Below, in pieces: positions 40,132 to 49,697 of a stretch of 64,000 bases of DNA. This stretch comes from Candidatus Cloacimonadales bacterium (GTDB lineage Bacteria; Cloacimonadota; Cloacimonadia; Cloacimonadales; JAIOQZ01): contig OY762463.1 of assembly GCA_963665815.1 (NCBI GenBank), positions 1,216,001-1,280,000 on the forward strand, given 5' to 3'. The stretch's first letter is position 1. Every line of letters starts with the position of its first letter. Below the pieces are notes generated by a model. The model saw only the letters and a list, made by a program, of their open reading frames with translations. It was not told the DNA's origin and did no database searches. A program made the translations under genes and the position numbers.

Positions 40132-41355
40132 ATGTATCACATAAACATATTGCACGATAAAGACTTTGATGATTTCTTCAGGATTTTTTCCAATGCTTAT
40201 CCTCAGTTAAAACCTTCTGTAAAAATATGGGAAAAGAAATTTCCTTCAATGATTGATGAAAATTTACCAGTCCGTCTGTATGGTGCTTTTGATGATAAGA
40301 ATCTGCTTGGTATATTTACAATACATGACTTCTCCATGAATTTTAGAAATGTTCCGCTAAAAAGTTCAGGTATAGGCTCAATAGCAATTGACCTGCTGCA
40401 TAAAAAAGAAAAAGTATGTAAATTCATTATTGAGTACTTTCTTGAATACTGTAAAATAACAGGAAAAATGTTTGCTCAATTGTATCCATTTGAACCGGGA
40501 TTTTACTTCAAGATGGGATTTGGATATGGCAGTCAGATTTTCGCTTTTTCTCCGGACACAAAATCCTTGAAATTCCGAGGAAATAAATCCAGCCTGAGAC
40601 ATCTCACACTGAAAGACCTTGATGATGTTATGAGTTACTATAATAAACTACAGAAAGTTAAACATGGGCTTCTCTCCAGATCACAAAACGAATACACGGA
40701 ATATCTTTTCAGACCTGGGCATATTGCTTTAGGTTATTATGAGAACAATGAAATGAAAGGCTACATGTTTTTCCGCTTAAAGCAGACATGGGAGAACAGA
40801 GAATTACATCTGGTTGAAATGCAGTATGATTGCAGTGAAGTACTTCATACATTCCTCTACTTCCTCAATAGTCAATCTGATCAGGTTGACAATGTATTTA
40901 TGTATACTTTTGACCAGGATTTATACCATCTACTGGCAAGCCCAAGAAGTAAAAACAGTACTCTATTCTATCCTATTTACCATAAAACTGCTGATTGCGG
41001 TGTTGGATTGATGTACCGATGTACTAATATAATAAAAGCTCTTGAGATTGTCCTGACAAAAAGCAATATGAATGCAATAGAAGAATGCAAAATGAGGATA
41101 TCTGATAATTTTCTTAATAAAGAAACATTTGTTAATATTGATTTTAATGATAAAAGAGTACAGGAAATTGAAAAATCAGGAGAATACGATCTGGACATAC
41201 CAATTCAAACATTTTCGTCATTAATTGTGGGATCCCTGAAATTCCTGTCAGCCAGGAAATTAGGACTTATAAAATGCAGCGATAAAGAAAAAATCCAGCT
41301 GCTTAACGGGCTTTTCAGTACCGAAAGACAGCCGGAATGTTATAATATTTTCTGA
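40132..41355 (+). CDS. Eis-like GNAT acetyltransferase
   Basis: GIGSIAIDLLHKKE, LYPFEPGFYFKMGFGY, SCP2-like C-terminus; start at 40132 after GGAG. Confidence 0.85.
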   Translation: MYHINILHDKDFDDFFRIFSNAYPQLKPSVKIWEKKFPSMIDENLPVRLYGAFDDKNLLGIFTIHDFSMNFRNVPLKSSGIGSIAIDLLHKKEKVCKFIIEYFLEYCKITGKMFAQLYPFEPGFYFKMGFGYGSQIFAFSPDTKSLKFRGNKSSLRHLTLKDLDDVMSYYNKLQKVKHGLLSRSQNEYTEYLFRPGHIALGYYENNEMKGYMFFRLKQTWENRELHLVEMQYDCSEVLHTFLYFLNSQSDQVDNVFMYTFDQDLYHLLASPRSKNSTLFYPIYHKTADCGVGLMYRCTNIIKALEIVLTKSNMNAIEECKMRISDNFLNKETFVNIDFNDKRVQEIEKSGEYDLDIPIQTFSSLIVGSLKFLSARKLGLIKCSDKEKIQLLNGLFSTERQPECYNIF

Positions 41356-42153
41356 TTATTTCTCTTTGTCTTTAATCTCAAACAACTTCAGATTTTCAAC
41401 ATACATATTGAACCTTTCATCTGAACTAAGCTTTTTACTGTAATCTATCAGCGCTTTCTTCCAGGAACCATGCATACTGTTCGGTATGATTATATATTCC
41501 TTTCCGAATTTATCTCTATTTTTATCAATCTCTCCATAACGCTCTTCTTTTGTTCTGGCACCATTGAAATCAGCAAAATCAAAAATATTGTCTCCAACAA
41601 GCATAATAATATTGTGAGTTTCAGAAACAATATCTCTTCGGGCCTGCTTCTTCCCTCTGCCCTCTCTAAGCAGAATATGATCTTCCGAAACATCAGGGAA
41701 ACCGAATTTCTGCAAGTTTCTCAGTGTACCATCTATCTGACCCACATTTCTGTTTGAAATGTAAAACACATTGATTCCTTTCTTATAAGCATAATTGAGG
41801 AACTCAACACTTCCTGGAACAGGTTCGGCAATTGCATAGTCAATCCATGCATTGAAATCATCAGGATACTTCAGTTTTCTTCTTATATTCAAAGCGTTAT
41901 ATGGTGAGTTCTGAAGAACTGTTTCATCAATATCTACAACAATCGCTGAATTCGGTTTGATCTCTTCTAAATTATCAATGTAATCCTTAGCCGTATTATA
42001 TGCCTGGTAACAGCAAGCTCTGTATTCTGCAGAAGTCTGATGCCACAAAACAGCCATAAGGTACTTTTCTTCATTCAACTCAATTCTTTCCGCAGATAGA
42101 AATGTAATAGCCGATAACAACAGAATCAGAATAAGCTTACTTCTCATTATCAC
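41356..42153 (-). CDS. Class C acid phosphatase / 5'-nucleotidase e(P4) family (HAD)
   Basis: VDIDETVL, YISNR, GDNIFDF, PNSMHGSW. Confidence 0.88.
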   Translation of the reverse strand: MIMRSKLILILLLSAITFLSAERIELNEEKYLMAVLWHQTSAEYRACCYQAYNTAKDYIDNLEEIKPNSAIVVDIDETVLQNSPYNALNIRRKLKYPDDFNAWIDYAIAEPVPGSVEFLNYAYKKGINVFYISNRNVGQIDGTLRNLQKFGFPDVSEDHILLREGRGKKQARRDIVSETHNIIMLVGDNIFDFADFNGARTKEERYGEIDKNRDKFGKEYIIIPNSMHGSWKKALIDYSKKLSSDERFNMYVENLKLFEIKDKEK

Positions 42154-42700
42154 TATCTCCTTTGAAGTTCTTATATAAATCCTCCGGCAGAAGGTCCATC
42201 AAAATCTCATCATATTTTTTTCCAAACCTGACTAATGCTTCACGTCTGATTCCAACTATCTTGAAACCGGTTTTCTCATAACATTTTACGGCACCTTTAT
42301 TATACGAGTATACTTCCAGCATTATATTATGCATATTCAAATATTTAAATGCATAATCAGCGAGTAATTTCAGAGCTTCCGAACCATATCCTTTGTTCCA
42401 CATTGACTTGTCACCAATGAATATTCCAATTTCACAATTCTGGTTTCTCTGGTCCAAATTGTGTAATCCACAACTTCCAATCAATTTATCAGTTGCTATA
42501 TCAATTATACCATACATGTGTTTCTTACTGATCTTCTCAAGGATATTTTTCTCATCATGCAATGTTAGTGTTGAATCGGATATGTTGAGAGTTCGAAACA
42601 CATCCTCATCATTCAGCCAGATGCAATACTGTTCAGCATCATCTAATGAGACAGGAGAAAGATAACACTTTTCTCCTATCATTTTTCTGTAATATTTCAT
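42137..42700 (-). CDS. RimJ/RimL-type GNAT acetyltransferase
   Basis: EIGIFIG, WNKGYGSEA, NKGAVKCYEKTGF; start MKYYRK after GGAG. Confidence 0.88.
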   Translation of the reverse strand: MKYYRKMIGEKCYLSPVSLDDAEQYCIWLNDEDVFRTLNISDSTLTLHDEKNILEKISKKHMYGIIDIATDKLIGSCGLHNLDQRNQNCEIGIFIGDKSMWNKGYGSEALKLLADYAFKYLNMHNIMLEVYSYNKGAVKCYEKTGFKIVGIRREALVRFGKKYDEILMDLLPEDLYKNFKGDSDNEK

Positions 42701-42766
42701 ATTCTTCTCCAATACAGTTTTAAGCCCCTCGAACTCCACTGTCTATACCGGTTGATTTTTGAAAAT

Positions 42767-42898
42767 GAGATATTTGCATAATAGCAAAATTAATCTACTT
42801 TTGGAAATAATTTCGATGAGACTTTTTTAATCCGTCATATAAGCTGAGTCTTATGAATTCTAAAACCGAATTAACAACACCAATTTTGCAAATATCTC
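42767..42898. mobile_element. MITE-like element, copy 6 (longest; opposite orientation to copy 1)
   Basis: Perfect 12-bp TIR GAGATATTTGCA/TGCAAATATCTC; reverse complement aligns along copy 1. Confidence 0.75.
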
Positions 42899-43532
42899 AA
42901 TTCTTTTAACATCAAACTGCCTTCAATAGTCAATTTTTTTCTCAATATTCCTTGAAACATTATTTTCCCTTAACTCAAAAACATTTAAAAAACAGAACCA
43001 CAATAATGCATGCTTATAGAGACTCTGAACTTGTTGCAGTTTCTGAGAACAATAAGAAGAAGTTGCTATAACCGACTAATGAATACTGGTATCAAACCAT
43101 GTTCAACAAGAAGGATTTTCTCATATCACTTCAACAGAAAAGATTATTCTTATTGCTGCAGGACTACAGATCCAAAGAAAACAGTCCCAGTTACAAGATT
43201 AAGAAATCTGCTCTGACAAATAAAGAAAAAGAAACAATTTTGCATAATGGTAAAAATAATCCTCTATACAAACTGAAAATAACATTAACTGTCTTAAGCT
43301 CTAAAATATTGAGAGCTGATTTCTGGTGTAAATCTGAAAATTACATGCTTTTCAAGTTCATTATAAAAAAAAGGTGGTCTGGGTACCGAACCGACAATTA
43401 CAACATTTGTAAAAGAATACACCCCAGAATAGTACAACATATCTTATTATTTACACTCTTAATATTTTATTCTTTTGACTATTATAGAAAAATGTTTATA
43501 TTGTCATTGAATACTGTAATAGAGGAAAAATA

Positions 43533-45497
43533 ATGTTGATATATTTCTTAAGTGAAAATATTCATTTAGTCAATAGTGCGAATTCTTGGAAATCTGACAA
43601 TGCAGACGTAGTATTGGAAGCTGTACCTAATATAGGTAATCTGGTTAAAAGAGTTAAAAGCAGCAGTCCGAATATCATTGTTGTTGATGTATCAAAATCC
43701 AGGCAGTCATATGATTTGATCAGTAATTTCAGAATATTATCGGGAATACCTGTTTTCTGTGTATCCAAGAATCCGGATATCGAAATAGCTGTTAATTGTT
43801 TAAAATCAGGAGCATTGGACTATGTCGTTTACGAAAACTCCACAATTCAGCAGGTAATTGATAAAATTGCAGACACATGTGAAAAGGAATATGATAACTG
43901 TTATCTCGAAACTCACATCCAGACTGTAAGAAAACTTAGAAGAGAAAAGCAGCAGAAAAGTGTTATCCTCCAGCGTTCACCTATCATATATTTTTACTGG
44001 AATCCATTCGATAATAACAGTCTGAAGCATATTACAGAGAGTGTAAGTTTTCTTGGTTACACACAGGAAGAATTTCTGACAGGTGAAACAAAGCTTTCCG
44101 ACCTGCTTTTCCAGAAAGATATGGACAATATTATGGATCTGATTGCGCAATTTGACGGTTCAGAAGATAGCCATACATACACATTGGAAATCAGAGTAAA
44201 GAAAAAAGACGGAACTCTACATTGGGTTGAAGACAGAACGACTGTACTGAAAATGGAAGATGGAAGCATTAACTGCTATACCATACTTCTAGATATCGAA
44301 TCATATAAACAGACAGTAATTGCTTTGAAGGAAAGTGAAGAAAAATTTAAACAGGCCCATAAAATGGAAGCAATAGGAAGATTAGCTGGTGGAATTGCCC
44401 ATGATTTCAATAATCTCCTGACTACTATTCTCGGCTATTCCGATCTTGCTTTGATGACAGCCGACTCTCCCAAAGAACTAGAAAATGCCATTAATGAGAT
44501 AAAGAAATCCGGTGAAAGAGCTGCATCACTGACTCATCAGTTACTTGCATTCAGCAGAAAGCAGATAATGAAATTCCAGGATGTGGATTTAAATAAACTG
44601 ATACTTAATTTGAGTAAAATGCTTAAAAGACTAATAGGCGAAGACATTCTTTTCCAAACTAGTTTAAAAGCTAATCTTAAACCGGTTTATGCAGACAATT
44701 CTCAGTTGGAACAAGTAATCATGAACCTTGTTGTAAACGCAAGAGATGCTATGCCAAAGGGTGGTTCAATCATCATTTCTACAAAGTCTGTAAGAGTTAC
44801 GGAAAACTCCAAAACAATCAGAGATGTTGAAGTAATTCCCGGACAATACATTGAGCTGTCAGTTTCTGATGATGGATGCGGTATGCACCCAGATATGACA
44901 GTTCTGATATTCGAACCTTTTTTCACAACAAAGGAGCAAGGCAAAGGCACCGGTCTCGGACTGTCTACAGTTTACGGTATTGTGAAGCAGACAGGTGGAT
45001 ATATCTGGGTTGACAGCAATATAGGAGAAGGTACAACATTCAAAATTTTACTTCCGACAAGCAAAAACTCAAGCTCACTTGATGAGGAAAACTGCATAAA
45101 TGAAAAGCCCTCAGGAGGAAATGAAACTATTCTGGTTGTTGAAGATGAGGAAACCTTAAGAATTCTGACTGTAAAAATTCTTGAAAAAATAGGATACAAT
45201 GTATATTCAGAGAAAAGTGGTAATGATGCTTTGAAATTCATAAAGGAGACAAATGGTGACCCTAAGATTGACTTAATCATTACTGATGTTGTAATGCCGG
45301 GAATGAATGGCTTTGAACTGGCTCAACACGCTCTTAACATCCTCCCTGAATTGAAACTCATTTATTTTTCTGGATATACAGACAGTATTATTGAGGATCA
45401 CGGGATATTTCAGAGCAGCGAGAATTTCCTCGCAAAACCATTCACAACTATGGAACTTTCGACATTAGTTCGCAGTGTGTTGGATTCCCAGGATTAA
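43533..45497 (+). CDS. Hybrid histidine kinase (REC-PAS-HisKA-HATPase-REC), cytoplasmic
   Basis: GIAHDFNNLL, NLVVNARDAM, DDGCGM, GKGTGLGL, VVEDE, TDVVMPGMNG, KPF. Confidence 0.92.
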   Translation: MLIYFLSENIHLVNSANSWKSDNADVVLEAVPNIGNLVKRVKSSSPNIIVVDVSKSRQSYDLISNFRILSGIPVFCVSKNPDIEIAVNCLKSGALDYVVYENSTIQQVIDKIADTCEKEYDNCYLETHIQTVRKLRREKQQKSVILQRSPIIYFYWNPFDNNSLKHITESVSFLGYTQEEFLTGETKLSDLLFQKDMDNIMDLIAQFDGSEDSHTYTLEIRVKKKDGTLHWVEDRTTVLKMEDGSINCYTILLDIESYKQTVIALKESEEKFKQAHKMEAIGRLAGGIAHDFNNLLTTILGYSDLALMTADSPKELENAINEIKKSGERAASLTHQLLAFSRKQIMKFQDVDLNKLILNLSKMLKRLIGEDILFQTSLKANLKPVYADNSQLEQVIMNLVVNARDAMPKGGSIIISTKSVRVTENSKTIRDVEVIPGQYIELSVSDDGCGMHPDMTVLIFEPFFTTKEQGKGTGLGLSTVYGIVKQTGGYIWVDSNIGEGTTFKILLPTSKNSSSLDEENCINEKPSGGNETILVVEDEETLRILTVKILEKIGYNVYSEKSGNDALKFIKETNGDPKIDLIITDVVMPGMNGFELAQHALNILPELKLIYFSGYTDSIIEDHGIFQSSENFLAKPFTTMELSTLVRSVLDSQD

Positions 45498-45627
45498 GTT
45501 GTCTCCAAAGCATGTATATACAATGTTCAGTTAACTGATTTACTTTAGAAAAAAAGACAAATTTTCATAGACAAATATTGATAATCCCTCATAAATTGCA
45601 AAAATAATATCCACAGGATTTAATGGG

Positions 45628-46500
45628 ATGAAATCAAACTTAGCTGAAAAGCAGACAAAACTTGACGCACTGCTTGAAAACGTTAACAGTTCTTATATTT
45701 CTACAATAAAAAGTAACATCAGTAAAATATTCAGAGTATTCAGTGATCCTGATGCTACTGCAACCGAATTAAAAGATGTCATTGAGAATGACCCACCTCT
45801 GTATGCGAAAGTTCTAAAGTATGCGAATTCCGCATATTATGGTTCACGAAGAGAAATTTCAGAGATTAAGCAGGCAATAATCTGTCTTGGATTTAACACA
45901 GTAAAGGAGCTTGCATTAACCCAGAAAGTATGTTCTATCTTTGAAAAAGATGAGAAGAATGAAAATTTTTCACTATTAGATTTATGGAAACACAGTATCT
46001 CTGTAGCGATCTGTGGACGGTTGTTGTACAGGAGAGAATTCAGAGAAAAAAGTGATCTGATCTATACCGCAGGAATACTCCACGACATCGGAATAATCAT
46101 TGAGGATCAATTCCGTCATGACTTGTTCAATACTATTATTGAAGAAGCTAACAGAACAAATGAAGACACAATAGATATTGAAAACAGAATTTTAGGATTT
46201 AATCACTCAGAAATTGGTAGAGCTATAGCAGAAGACTGGGAATTCCCCACGGAATTATGCAATGCTATTGGGGCTCACCACTATTACAGTAACGAGTCCA
46301 GTTTGTTATGTAAAGTTCTCGCAATTTCCGAGTATATATGCCAGTCTGAGGACATAGGCTTCTGTGACACACCTTATATAGATGAAGAGCTTTATAATTC
46401 ATATGTCACAGAATTAGAAATAGAAAAAGAAGCTATAGAATTAATCAAAGAAAAACTCATGCTTGAGTTAAACAGAATGGAAGAACAGGGATGGTTCTAA
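45628..46500 (+). CDS. HDOD-domain protein
   Basis: DPPLYAKVLKYANSAYY, AIICLG, WKHS, AGILHDIG, GFNHSEIG, HH. Confidence 0.9.
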   Translation: MKSNLAEKQTKLDALLENVNSSYISTIKSNISKIFRVFSDPDATATELKDVIENDPPLYAKVLKYANSAYYGSRREISEIKQAIICLGFNTVKELALTQKVCSIFEKDEKNENFSLLDLWKHSISVAICGRLLYRREFREKSDLIYTAGILHDIGIIIEDQFRHDLFNTIIEEANRTNEDTIDIENRILGFNHSEIGRAIAEDWEFPTELCNAIGAHHYYSNESSLLCKVLAISEYICQSEDIGFCDTPYIDEELYNSYVTELEIEKEAIELIKEKLMLELNRMEEQGWF

Positions 46501-46503
46501 TTA

Positions 46504-47862
46504 ATGAATTCTGAGATTAAAAGAAAGAACAAACAGATCGAAGAGCTTAAAGAGCGAATAAAGTATCTGGAAATTGAAAACAGACATATAAAAAATGACT
46601 ATGCTCTTATGAAAGAAGATTATAGTCATGCTTCTGACAAGTACATGGAGATTCTACATGACTTTGAGAAATCAAACTCTGAGTTGCGACAGAAGAATAA
46701 TTTAATATCTGAACAGAATAAAGAGATTAAACAGAGGAATATCCAGAACAGCATTCAAAAAGAACAATTAGCAAGACAGAATAATTTCCTGCAAACTCTT
46801 TTGGACAGTATCCCTAATCCGGTATATTATAAGGATATGGATAACAGATATCTGGGCTGTAATGAAGCATTCTGTAAGTTAGTGAATCTCAGTTTTTCCG
46901 AAATTATCAGTCAGAACGAAATTGTTCAAAACTCAAACCTCTCTCATAAAGCCTTTGATGATTCTGCTCCTGACCTCCAATTAGGTAACTCCCCTAAACG
47001 ATTTGAATTTAAATTAACTTTGCAGGATGTAACAAGAAATATTGTTATCAACAAAGCTGTTTTCAAGGATATTAACAGGGAAAATGCAGGTTTAATAGCT
47101 GTAATTACAGATATAACCAAACTCAAAGAAATTGAAAACGAATTGAAAGAATCTCAGATTAAATTACAAAGAGCAATGAAGTCAAAAGACAAGTTTTTCT
47201 CAACAGTAACTCATGATCTGAAAAATCTTCTTACAATCCTATTTATGTCCTGTGATGCTATTGAAAACTCAGATCTTAATCTTAATCAGGAACAGCAGAC
47301 CAGAATTGTAAAAAAAGCAGCAAGAGGATTCAGGCAGTTCCACGAAACTCTGAATAATCTGCTTAACTGGGCAAAATCTCAAACCGGCCGTATTCCTTAT
47401 GAGCCGGAAACAATAGATCTCAAAAAAGTTACGGAAAATTGTGTATCTCTTCTGGAACCTTTTGTGAAAGAGAAATCAATCAATCTTATCACAGAAGTAG
47501 AAAATAGCTGTATAGCTTTTGCTGACAGGTCAATGCTTCATTCAGTACTTACAAACCTATTGACGAATGCTGTCAAATTTACTAACGCTGATGGAATTGT
47601 AAAGTTAGCAGCTCTTACTGAAGGTAACACTTGCATTATAACCGTTCAGGATAATGGTGTAGGTATGAGTAAAGATGACCAGGCAAGATTATTCAATATT
47701 GACGAAAACTTCACACGTAAAGGCACAAAGAATGAACCGGGAACAGGCCTCGGTCTGATTATATGTAAAGAATTTATCGAAATCAACAGGGGTTCTCTAC
47801 ATCTTAGTAGTGAACTAAATAAGGGAAGCACATTTGAAATACATTTACCTACAATAATTTAA
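46504..47862 (+). CDS. PAS-domain histidine kinase with N-terminal coiled coil
   Basis: LDSIPNPVYYKD, THDLKN, NLLTNAVKF, DNGVGM, GTGLGL. Confidence 0.9.
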   Translation: MNSEIKRKNKQIEELKERIKYLEIENRHIKNDYALMKEDYSHASDKYMEILHDFEKSNSELRQKNNLISEQNKEIKQRNIQNSIQKEQLARQNNFLQTLLDSIPNPVYYKDMDNRYLGCNEAFCKLVNLSFSEIISQNEIVQNSNLSHKAFDDSAPDLQLGNSPKRFEFKLTLQDVTRNIVINKAVFKDINRENAGLIAVITDITKLKEIENELKESQIKLQRAMKSKDKFFSTVTHDLKNLLTILFMSCDAIENSDLNLNQEQQTRIVKKAARGFRQFHETLNNLLNWAKSQTGRIPYEPETIDLKKVTENCVSLLEPFVKEKSINLITEVENSCIAFADRSMLHSVLTNLLTNAVKFTNADGIVKLAALTEGNTCIITVQDNGVGMSKDDQARLFNIDENFTRKGTKNEPGTGLGLIICKEFIEINRGSLHLSSELNKGSTFEIHLPTII

Positions 47863-47871
47863 GCAGGAATA

Positions 47872-49437
47872 ATGAGTATTGAAACCAGAATCAAGAATTT
47901 ACTGTTAAATCACAGGAAAAGCTATGCATCACTGGTAACAATGTACTTCTTACTGTTTTCAGTAGTCTCCTTTTCTATCTTAAGTATTGTATGGATAATC
48001 AGTGACTTCATTTCCCTGAAAAAAGATTTATTAAGATTCAAATCAGAATATATAGAAAATCAGAAGAAGCATGTCAAATTGCAGACAAATCATGCTGTAA
48101 GAATAATAGAGAACTTTAAAAACGATTATATCAAGAAAGCCGAAAACAATACTATCCATCATGCAATGACTCTTGATAAAATCTTCAGTACTATCGCTAA
48201 AAACAGAATTTCAAAAGGAAACAGACAGTTTCAGGTTCTATCTGAAGTGGCAAATGACTATGTCTCAAAAAAACCTCTGCTAAACATATCACTTTACCAG
48301 CCTGCATCCGGGAAGATTTACTCAAATTATCAAAATCAGAATCAGTCTCAAAGAAATAATCAATATATAAAGACTGTATTGGACAGCTTTCTCACAGACA
48401 ATGAAGACAGAATGAGCAAATCAATTGAGATCCCTATTGATCAACCGAAATCAAAAGAATTATTTTATGTTCTCTATAATTCCGATACATCAACATATAT
48501 TCTGATCAGCGAAATTCTATCCCACAGAAAACAGGAAGTTCAACAGGAAGTCCTCAAAGAAATCCAGAAAATCTCTTTTGATGAAAGTGGATATATCTTC
48601 GTTAACACATATGATGGAGATGCTCTGATTACTAATGGGAAGTTGAATAATACACAAGTCAATCTATGGAATCTTGTAGATTCAGATAACAATAAAGTAA
48701 TTCAGATGGAAAGAGAAGCTGCAGCAAAACCTGACGGAGATTTCATTCAATACACATGGAAAAAGCCTGGAGGAGAGAATCCTATACCGAAGATGTCATA
48801 CATCAAAGGTATTGATGACTGGGAATGGATGCTTGGTGCAGGTTTCTATCTCGATAATGTAAATGAAGTAGTAAAGAAACAGAGAAATGCAACAATTAAA
48901 TCAATTATCAGAGAAGTGATGATTGTTCTGATAGTTCTGTTATTGTTACTCTTGCTTATATTCTATTTTTCAAGATATCTGACAAAAATGACCAAAATAA
49001 ACTTCCAGATACTGAACAATTTTTTCCAGATTGCAGCTAAAGAAGCAACTTTAATAAACGAGGACATGCTTCATTTTTCTGAATTTAAAGATTTGGCCTC
49101 TGCAGTCAACTCCATGATTATTGAGAGACAACATTACGAACAGGAAAAAGCCGAGTTTGAAAGAAAATCATCAGCCCTGGCAATGGCAGTTACTGCCAGC
49201 CACGAGATTAATCAACCCTTGATGATTCTTTCCGGTAACATAGAACTGCTTCAATTATCTTTGAGAAACGAAAACCTGACACAAAAGCAAAGACAACATC
49301 TGGAAATGATTTACAAAGCGTTAGCAAGAATCCAGTCAATTCTAAGCATGTTCAAAGAATCTAATTCAGTAAGATTTGAGAACTACAGTGATGGTACCGA
49401 CATGGCTATTCTTGACAAAAGTAAAGAACTTCTTTAG
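47872..49437 (+). CDS. Membrane Cache-domain sensor with HisKA but no HATPase domain
   Basis: Two TM helices, GYIFV..YTWKKPG..WEWMLGAGFYLD (Cache_2-like), SHEINQPL; ends about 75 aa after the His. Confidence 0.8.
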   Translation: MSIETRIKNLLLNHRKSYASLVTMYFLLFSVVSFSILSIVWIISDFISLKKDLLRFKSEYIENQKKHVKLQTNHAVRIIENFKNDYIKKAENNTIHHAMTLDKIFSTIAKNRISKGNRQFQVLSEVANDYVSKKPLLNISLYQPASGKIYSNYQNQNQSQRNNQYIKTVLDSFLTDNEDRMSKSIEIPIDQPKSKELFYVLYNSDTSTYILISEILSHRKQEVQQEVLKEIQKISFDESGYIFVNTYDGDALITNGKLNNTQVNLWNLVDSDNNKVIQMEREAAAKPDGDFIQYTWKKPGGENPIPKMSYIKGIDDWEWMLGAGFYLDNVNEVVKKQRNATIKSIIREVMIVLIVLLLLLLLIFYFSRYLTKMTKINFQILNNFFQIAAKEATLINEDMLHFSEFKDLASAVNSMIIERQHYEQEKAEFERKSSALAMAVTASHEINQPLMILSGNIELLQLSLRNENLTQKQRQHLEMIYKALARIQSILSMFKESNSVRFENYSDGTDMAILDKSKELL

Positions 49438-49542
49438 GTTTCAAATATACAATACTTCTTCTCAGGCATTATCCTGTAATGTAAAATCCATTCGGATTAC
49501 CTGATACAACAATAAAAAACTTCATTTATAGAATAAATTATA

Positions 49543-49570
49543 TTGACAATATAAAGTATTAAATTATTAT
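49543..49570 (+). promoter_or_regulatory. Possible sigma70 promoter of the 49698-57032 operon
   Basis: TTGACA-16 nt-TATTAT, but the context is very AT-rich. Confidence 0.35.
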
Positions 49571-49697
49571 CTTAATATATTTTGTATAGATTTGTAATTA
49601 TTTGTCTTTAATAATATTGGCATTATATTTTTTTTGTCGTATAATATAATTAGTAATAATAAAGTGTTTCTAAAATCACATTTTCTGGGAGCAATAG

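Noticed and set aside
43010-43533. ORFs 43010-43216 and 43099-43533
   Set aside because: No recognisable motifs or clear RBS, and the region includes the AT-rich probable promoter of the kinase. Likely spurious or decayed DNA.
49617-49635. TTGGCATT upstream of the motor operon as a sigma54 site
   Set aside because: No GC at the -12 position; GG-N10 is followed by TT.
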